Assembly (NCBI GenBank): GCA_965233585.1
Contig: CBDDTI010000073.1
Coordinates: 1-34,306 of the forward strand
Source of the DNA: a bacterium
GTDB lineage: Bacteria; SAR324; NAC60-12
Direction: 5' to 3'
DNA length: 34,306 nucleotides
Shown piece after piece: positions 25,700 through 34,306 of this stretch (the first letter of the stretch is position 1; every line of letters begins with the position of its first letter). A program made the translations under genes and the position numbers. Below the pieces are notes generated by a model. It was not told where the DNA came from, did not search any database, and saw nothing but the letters and a program-made list of their open reading frames with translations.

Positions 25700-25915
25700 T
25701 TTTCCCCCTCCCTCTCTCCCTCTCTCCCTCTCTCCCTCTCTCCCTCTCTCCCTCTCTGCCTCCCTCCCTCTCTCCCTCTCTCCCTCTCTCCCTCTCTCCC
25801 TCTCTCCCTCTCTCCCTCTCTCCCTCTCTGCCTCTCTCCCTTCCTCTTCCTCTTCCCTCTTCCTCTTCCGCGTCCTCTTCCTTTTCCGTTTCTTTCCTTG
25901 TTTCCTTCTTTCCTT
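25700..25915. repeat. Polypyrimidine (CCCTCTCT)n tract
   Basis: Visible tandem units; they explain the ERGREG ORFs. Confidence 0.9.
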
Positions 25916-27994
25916 CGGCACCTCACCTCGTTCCCAAAATTTTGCCAGCAGATCACCGCCGGAACCTACTACACGGCTGTTCTCTCGCAAGGTTGCCGGC
26001 TCGCCGGAGCTGAACGGTTTTTCCGGGACTCCGACCCGAATAGTACCTTTCTCATCCCACCCAACGGTATAACAGGATATGTGTCGTACAAAATGTTTCA
26101 AAAGAAGTCGCGATAAATTCTGTTTAATTTCATTTAGTGTATATATATATATATATATATCCATCTTTATATACACAGATGTCTTTATTTGCATAATCTG
26201 CATATATAATAAACATATAAATAACATATATATATATAATTGTGTATATGCAAAAATTTCTTTATTTGCATATTATGTATCTATATGATTATAACATGTT
26301 TTTATGATTATTTATTTGATTATTTCTTTACATTATTATCACTATTGTTTTTATCATTATTATTAACCCACTCTTCATTCGGTTAAAACGCCACCAAATG
26401 AAAAAAAAGGATTGGTGTTGCACTTCCCGTTTTTATGATTGAGCACACTTGGATTCTTAATTCTCGTAATTGAAAATGCACAAATTCAAACAAGATGCGC
26501 GGTACATGATTTTTTTGACAACATTGCGCGCCCAGTATATAGCCCGTTCAATGAACAGGAGGCACTGGGCATTCATGGCCTCTCTTGGCCAGGTTTGTGG
26601 CTCGAAAACTTCAATCACCAGCATTAGGGCATATTAGGGCAATTGTTTTGGTTTAGTGGCGATTTGGCTGTGTTTGTTTGATGGTGGTTTGCTGGGGGGG
26701 TTCAGTGCTGGATGGTTGGATTGTAGTGGTTTGTTTTTGGATTGGTGGTGTTTTGGATGATATTTTGGTGGTGGTGGGTTCGCTTTTATGATGGTAGTTG
26801 AAACAATTTTTAAACAAACCATGTCGTTTATTCCCATGGTGATTTTTTTGCCAAAATGTGAAAGCATATAATATTCTGACCAAGGAGTGTTTTTAACAAT
26901 GCAAAACCATGTCTTTTAATGATTGACATCGAATTTAGTCACTGCTGCATGGCAAGGGTCACGGCAGCAGTGCGATGTTTACCCCTGACTGCGGCCATTG
27001 GTCTCCTCATGTTTCCTCATGTTCTTGATGGTTGTCCTAGTAAGCTTACATGTGCTGAAATAACCCGTAACATTTACGTTTGTGTACGTCTACGGGCAAA
27101 AAACATCCAAACATTATTTAACAATGAAAACATATTTTAAATTACAGTAGAACTGGTAAACGACGGGCGTATGATCCCTTTGGTGCGCTTCCGTTGGGTG
27201 ATGGCTTTCCCACACCTGCACCCATTTTGGCCGGCAATTTTTCTAAAGCATCGTATTTTTAATAATTTTATTGTGGAAAATGTTTTGGTTGGAACACATG
27301 CCATGCTAGTGCCTTTCCCCGGGTCAGCCGCAAAAAACAATTACATCCGTTCCGCGCGGCCCTGTTCCGGAACGTTTGCCGCCTGAGCACTAGGAAACAA
27401 TAGGAAACACGTTCGACCCTGGTAAAAAAAAAACATGCGTCAATGATCAGCCAAAAAGGACTTTCCAATGTTCGTTCCACTGTGAAAATGAATTGCCCAT
27501 TGGGTCCTACCGGTTGGGCATAAATGTCAGGTTACTTGATTTGGTGCGCTTCAAGTTTGCAACCGCAGCCATCTTGATTTTCAAGTTTTCAAGCATTTGA
27601 AATCAGCGCAACAACCCGCCAATAGTCAAAACATGTCAAAACAACCCACACACTGTGTGCCGCCAACGTGAAACCATGTAACAATGGTTTGATTTTTGGT
27701 GGCATCAATGCAGTCAAAAATTGTTCTTCCAAATTTCATGATATTGTCGAACAGTGCTTAGAGCAAATGCATTGTTTTTATGTTTTTGGTATAGTTCAAC
27801 AGTCATTTTCACAACATGCAAACGAAAAATGCCAAAGAGCATCCGGCACATTGCATACATTGCATGCCTGAAACCGCCAGGGTGGATTTGGCAAACATGT
27901 GTTTTTGTTTGCATGGAGCGAAACCAGAAACAATTAGTTTGCATATTTGTTTAGCAAAATGAACGATGCCAGCCACATTACTTTCCATTCGCCA

Positions 27995-30401
27995 GACTGA
28001 CCTGACACATCCCACCCCTGAAACCCTTCTCTATCATCTCATACATGTTTTTATCACTTAAGGGGCCTATTTCAATCCCAGTTTTCAACAACATAGCGTC
28101 CCAAGCAAAGTTAGGCAATGTAAAGTAATGCGCGGGTTCTAAACCGTAGTATTCCAAACATAAGCCTCCAAAATTTTCAGAAGCATCAGTGAGCAACAAA
28201 ACACCGGTTCTCAAATACAAATCGTGATACTGTCCGAGGTTTCTTTTCCCGAAGTGCTTCCATATTTTAAGTGTTTTTTCATACTCATCATCTTCAATAT
28301 GATGTTCGGTGAGATTGCTGTAAAAGGGTTCTTTCGGTGATACAGTGCAGTTGTTTTCCCCTGAATTTATCAAAGGCACCTTCATCAGTCAGTAAATCTA
28401 AATTCTCGCCATTACTCGCATATGGTTTTTTCTGACTAAACTTGATTTTTCCCAGTTTTCCTTTATGTTTCCTTTTTCACATTTACTCAATTCAACCCGT
28501 TTGTCCGAAGAAAATGATAAGAAAGAAAAACCGTCCTTGAAACAAAAATGTTTAAAAGCAAAGGTGATATTTTTTTCGTCGTTCAACGCTATTACATCAT
28601 TTCTATTTCATTTCTACCGTTCTGCGATACTTCATTCGCCCTCTCAATGATTAAATGACCGTCTTAGTTTTGTAGATTATGAGGGAAGACTGGGTCTTTG
28701 TAATAGCGCATTGAAAATTGTAAATTACAATCGTCGTGGGCGCACCCCCTGTATTCACATGTAAAGTGGCAGTGGTCGCGAACGTTGTTGTCGCCTTTTT
28801 GAAACTCATTACCACATATAAAGCATGTAGTGACGGTTTTAAAGCCTCTCCAGTCATCAGCCCTGATAATGATTTCTTTATTTTTTCATTTTGTTCATAA
28901 TCTTATAGTTTTTTACTTCAACCGTTTTTTTGGACGAATACATCCATACAATATTCGCCACTGTATAGGAAAGGCTCATTGGAATTATCAATGGAATTAT
29001 CAACATGAATCATAAAACTGCAGGGTCTGTGATGTTGGTAGCGGTCGGTTTTAAGTTCTTTCGTGCTGACCGTTCCTGGTTTGGTTGTTAAGCATGCAAA
29101 GTCAGCATATATCACCAATGGAGGTTTTAACTTTTTGTAACCGTTCTTGAAAACCATAATTTGTGTTTTCTTTTAGCATTTTTATCTGTTGCCCTTCCAC
29201 TGCCATACATCCCGAAACTTTTCGGTGTGTTGGTTAAAAAGTTGTTGTGATTGAAAGCCACGACTGCAATGAAAGCAATGATACTTCTTTATTTTTTTGG
29301 TTTGGTTTCCCATCAACTTGTCATAATTTTTGATAAACACACCATGGTAGTCGTCTCCGTGAAACTTGAAGGCTTACTTGATGAGTTGTTTTTAGTGTTT
29401 TAGTTTTTCCACATAATAGGATTGACTGTTTATTTTCTTCGGGGTTCGGAAAATAAACATTAATTTAATTGCAATTTTGCCTTCGTTGTTTTTTTCAAAG
29501 GTGTCTATATCAACATTGGGTGTTAGAACATTTACATTGTTCCAGTTAAGTTCATCATTCAATTTTTTATAGTTATATAATCTGTTTGGATTGTCTTTCA
29601 TAGTCTTTGCATATACCACATTGGACGGAATACTTGAAACATTGGTTGTCTTCGTTTTGAATTTTGATACACGCCTTTTTGTCTGAAACCAATTTGGTAA
29701 TGGAATGAATTTGCCCCCACGAGTTGGACTGAATTTGTCCATGTTGAATTGCAATGTATCAATTTGGGTTATTACTAAACCGCTCTTTGATAATTCCATC
29801 TTACCCATTTGAAATTCAATATCTGTTGCTATTTGGGTTGAAACATTTGTGATTTCTTCTTCGTTGGTTATTTCGTATCTCCTGTTTTTTACTGTGTGTC
29901 TTACCTCTTCGTTGGTCTTGATGCTTTTGAAGGTGTTGAAGGTTTTTAAACATTACTTTCATACCCTTGTTCTGTCGTCGTAGATATTCTTTCATTTTGA
30001 AGTCTTGATGTTTAAGATATTGTAATGCCTTGATGCCTCTGACCCTGATGTTGCTGATGGCATTAGAAGTTGTGTAGTTCTTGAAGGCAGATTGTTCGTC
30101 TGTAACGGTTGTTTTGTAGCGTTTTTGTATTCCTGTAAGTGTTTTTTGTTCTTGTCTAAATTTACCAATCTAAGACCTTTCTGTTCTTTCAGTTCGTATT
30201 TCTTGTGTTCAATGGTTTGTTTCACTTTGTTGAATTTGTTTGCAAGTCTCTGTGTGATGGGTTTGTTCCTATCAAAATTGTAGGTCTTGTCTCCTACCTT
30301 CAGCTTCTTGAATTTTCTTCCATTCTGTTTAACGATTTCCCCCTCTTTGGAGGTTGACAGACAATCTACAGTAAAACAATCTTCTGTGAGCCTTCCATCA
30401 T
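27995..30401 (-). pseudogene. Duplicated 5' portion of the pPolB pseudogene, truncated just after GFRGGMCQVS
   Basis: Same motifs and the same lesions as 18733-21139. Confidence 0.9.
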
Positions 30402-30699
30402 ATTATAGCCTATATTATTATACGTATTATTATTAGTTGGTGCTTTTTTAAGTAGATTTAGTGATGGATTTTGGGGTTGAGGATGTTGAGACTGAAGTCG
30501 TTGTTGATTGGGTTGAGTTTCAGCATTCATTCTACTCTTTCACCTTGTATCCCCTGCCATATACTCCCCAATATATAATGTAATATTTTTTAAGTTGTTT
30601 TTGGGGTTTTGGTTTGCTGGTGGATTTTTTTGTGATTGGGGTTGGAGTTCAACCCATAAACATTTTTGATAAAATTTATCACGATTTTTTCCGATTTGT

Positions 30700-31027
30700 T
30701 CAGCAATTGTCTTTCTGGTTCATGCACCTGTTCGTTTGGCGATGCTTTGATAGGTTGGATTTGCTTGATATTGTCCGTCCGCAGTTGGGGCAGATGTAAG
30801 GGGTTTTGAGTTTTTTTGATAATGGTTTCTAAAGTAGTTGGGGTCTAAGGGTTTCTTGTTATATGTTCCGTCGGGTTGCCTGCCTGTGGATTTTGTGTGG
30901 GTTGGTGAGTTGTGGATGTTGTCGGATTGGCGCAGTGTTTCCACCAATTGGTTGAAAAGGTCTTCGTCTATTTCTTGCCTAAGTCCGTCTATAAACATGT
31001 AGCAGGCCACACTTTCTCTTAATTCTA
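30700..31027 (-). pseudogene. Duplicated zinc-finger gene
   Basis: Copy of 21438-21765. Confidence 0.7.
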
Positions 31028-31370
31028 GAAGATATGCCAGATAGAATGTCAGAAGATATGCCAGTCATATAGAATGTCAAAAGATATGCCAGCCGTCGTC
31101 GTTGTCGTCGTCGCTTGAACCAAAACGGCTATATAGTATTTTTATATTAGGGCAAATGGCACGGTAATAAGTCTGCCTTTGTCAAACCCCCCTCGCTCCT
31201 CTTTTACCGTGCCACCCCCTTTTATCTGATGTAAAATTTGTATATAATTTATGTATCACGTATGTATATATATATATATTTGTTTATTTATGGATGGATG
31301 GATGGATTGGTGGAATGACGCGTGGATGAAAGGATAAGTCATGAACCTGCATCAAACATATATATATATA

Positions 31371-31941
31371 ATGTCAAGTTAGGATTAATAATCCCCGCGG
31401 TATTAATCAACCCCCTCTGCCCAATTTGTTTGGTAATTTAAAAAAAGGTGGTCCCCCAGGATTAATAAACCCCCCGATTAAAAAAACACCAGTGCTGAAA
31501 TAATTTTTTTATCCAACAATTTTTATTTCCAATTCTATTTATTTCCAATTTGTTTTTACCTTTTTTTAATCATCATCGTTATACTTAAGGTTTAAGTTGA
31601 TCATTGAAAAATTCAAAAAATGACTATTCCCCAAATGATCGATTTCTAATTAAAATCTTTATAAAAATCATCAGTTTGGATAGCTCCCAAAGGGTACCCC
31701 CCATGAGCCCATGTCCCCCACTAATAATAACCATGGTTTGCCCCTGATTAATCAACCACCTTTCTGATCCATGAGATTTTAACAAATCCAATAGAATTCT
31801 ATTAAGATCTAATTGACGTAAGCCATATCCAAATTTTTATGGTTCAGAGTTGCTTATATTATTAAGGGGTGGTCGAGAAACTAGCCAGAAGGTACCCCCC
31901 TACCTACCAGGGGCGGGGGTTGATTAGTCCGATGTTGGCAT
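31371..31941. mobile_element. Duplicated MITE
   Basis: Copy of 22111-22682. Confidence 0.7.
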
Positions 31942-32602
31942 TATATATATGTATATTTTTTTAAAAAATTAGACATAGATATAATTTAAAAAAATAAGCA
32001 TATGTATATATATATACATTACATTCCTAAAAAGGTTCCAGATTGTTGCACGCTCTGGTTAAAGAGGTTGCCAAACGTCAGTCTCTGAAGACTGCTGGAC
32101 AAGGTCAAAGCTTCAACGCTTTGAGGTTGATGTTTCTTATCAAAAAATGAGGTTATAACTCAAAATGAGGGGAATTGAAGTTTATGCCTGATGTTTTTTC
32201 CTGCCCATCTCCTGAAAGAGCTTCGCGTTGGTGTCTTTTAAAACCTGTCGCAAGAGAGCGAGCTGGTGATTGTCAAAGGAATCACAGTGAAAGATCTGAA
32301 AGACTGTCGCTCAAAAACTGTTTTTTTTCACCTATTCGGCGAACTGATGTTTTTGAAGTGTGAAACCATAGACATTACCCTATCCATATTTGGTCTCCCG
32401 ATACTCCTACATGGGGATGCTCAGTCCCGAAACTGGGGATTGGGAATGGTCAATCCCAAAAACTGGGGATGGTCAATATTGAAACTGAGCATTGTGGATT
32501 TCTTAATTTGATTTTGAGGATTGGCAAGGTTTATCAGAACAACCCCTTTGGACACATCCAACTCTGCCACAATTTGGCCAAGGTACTAAACAACTACCTC
32601 AA

Positions 32603-33234
32603 TTACATAATAGCACGTCGTGCTTTCCTGTCCATTTGAACTTTCAGCATCTTCACTCTCAATTGACCGACGAAGTCTTGCCCGATACTGTCCAAGCGAG
32701 CGAAGTTCTTCAGCAAAATCATCATTGTTGAAGGTGAAGGACGATGTATCACTAGTGTTGTGATACTGTTTTCCATACCCCAAGGCAAACGGTCTCAAGA
32801 AGTTCCTTCTTCGCCAAGTTGAGATGAGAGATTGCTGTGTGAATGTCCGCCATCTCTTTGAACATCACGTATGCCATTTGGATGATGCGGTCTTCGGTGT
32901 ATCCACCCGAACGACGTTTGAAGATGGAAGAGAGAAACTGAGTTGGTCATCATTCATTGTCTCCAAAATGTCCTTGAAAGAGATCTTACCCGAAGTAATC
33001 TTCCGTTTGGCATCGCGGACTTTTTCAAGCATTGGGTCAATGAAGGTAGAAAGATTGGCAGGGCAAGGTCCAGTGGCATCCTCAAAATCGCTTTCATTGA
33101 AATGCCTCGACTTGATTTTGCTAATGGCGTTTTTCAAGATAGCATCCAACTTCTCATTCTCCTTCAGATATCCCTTGACGACACGCTTCACCTTGTCTCA
33201 ACGGACGCTTGACGAGCGAAAGAGAATAACTTGA
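32603..33234 (-). pseudogene. Duplicated uncharacterised gene with two extra 1-bp insertions
   Basis: Copy of 23346-23975, with an extra T near 32625 and an extra A near 32788. Confidence 0.5.
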
Positions 33235-33636
33235 TGCACAAAATGGTTTTTCCCAATTGATACTTCAATCGGTGCATCTTCTGTGGAATGAACAACGCTC
33301 AACGTTGAAACTCAAAACGACTGACAACTCAGCGATGGGTTCTTTCTGCAAAATATCTGAACTGAATGACGGGCGCTTTTCCAGATAATGTTTCACTTAG
33401 TGCATCAACTGTGGAATGACAAACGCTCAATGTTGGAAATAAGAAAAGACTGACATCTCAGTAATGGATTTCTTCCTGCATCATGTCTGGGTCTGAACTG
33501 ATTGAGTGACGCTTTTGTTATGACCATCGGGCGACAGTGCAGTCTGTGAGATGCATCTCACCAGCAATGTTCCAACGCAGGTGTCCAAGAACTCTGTTCA
33601 AACGACCGTGAAAAATTGTTGGAGATGAACATATGT

Positions 33637-34306
33637 CTATAGAGTTTTCTTTACCTTGGTGTCCTGCGTCCTTGCCGTAATATCTATGTTCAACCGTTGC
33701 TCAGTTTCCTCCAGAAATTCCAAGCGCGGCTCAGAAGTGTCCTCTTGCTCGGTGTTGCAATCATCAAGGTTCTGAAGCTAGGTCGCATACTCATTGGCGG
33801 AGAAAGCATCAATCTGCTCGGTGTCCTTCATTTTCAACTCAGGCCCTTTCAAGGTAGGACGGGCGTTGTCCTTCGTGAAAGTCTTTTGACAATGCCCTTC
33901 AAGAATTCATCCTTTGCCTTCTTGGAGGATTTCTGAAGTCCCTCCCAATCAGGATGAAGCATCCCAACCTCATTGCGCAACTCAGCGATAGTGGAAGTGC
34001 CAGTCATTTCCACAATCTCCACAACATCATCAGAACTCCGAAAGGAGGCCGTGATTTCAACCATCTTGGAGCGCTCCGCCTTGATGTCAGCAGACTTCTT
34101 GGCATTGCGTTCCTTGGCACGTTCCTTTGCATTTGCCTCACTGACCTCCTTCTTCAACTTGATATGCAGAGCTTTCAAGGTTGCAAGTTTGGAGGCAGTC
34201 ATAATCAATTCACCTTGGAGATTATCAACCACTGCCTTCACATCCGCAAAGGTCATCGTCTGGATAACATCAATGAAGTCCTTTCCCACCTCCACACGTT
34301 TGTAGT
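33637..34306 (-). pseudogene. Duplicated coiled-coil/ubiquitin-like gene, 5' end outside the window
   Basis: Copy of 24378-25047. Confidence 0.5.

Larger units (their letters stand above)
27995..34306 (+). repeat. Second copy of the tandem duplication (continues beyond the window)
   Basis: Matches 18733-25047 with only a few substitutions (e.g. 19913G/29175A, 19974T/29236A, 20725C/29987T, 21154G/30416T) and 1-2 bp indels. Confidence 0.97.

Noticed and set aside
26363..26400. piggyBac-like end TTAA|CCC
   Set aside because: No matching inverted end or transposase motif was found in the window.

Overview
Repeat-rich eukaryotic DNA. The repeat style and GC/GA-type splice donors suggest a Symbiodiniaceae-like dinoflagellate, but that is an inference. 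No intact long gene is present, and most ORFs in the track are microsatellite or minisatellite artefacts. The main hidden structure is a decayed endogenous Polinton/Maverick-like virus region (about 9.6-21.8 kb). It contains an rve integrase pseudogene (+) and a probable major capsid protein C-terminal fragment that only reads through once a TA-flanked TIR transposon (11162-12920) is removed. It also contains a full-length protein-primed DNA polymerase B pseudogene (-, 16622-21139) split by a second insertion, a zinc-finger gene and other small virus-like genes. Between the two gene blocks are inverted, tandem-repeat-containing segments that may be element ends. A non-autonomous family with asymmetric terminal inverted repeats, a 5' hairpin, no target duplication and swappable internal tandem arrays (Helitron2/Helentron-like) occurs three times intact and once as a diverged relative. 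A near-identical tandem duplication with a period of about 9.26 kb (18733-25047 = 27995-34306, running off the window) repeats most of the polymerase and downstream DNA. Small MITEs, complex microsatellites and possible short exons of a host gene fill the first 6 kb. All protein family calls come from motif recognition by eye, without database searches.
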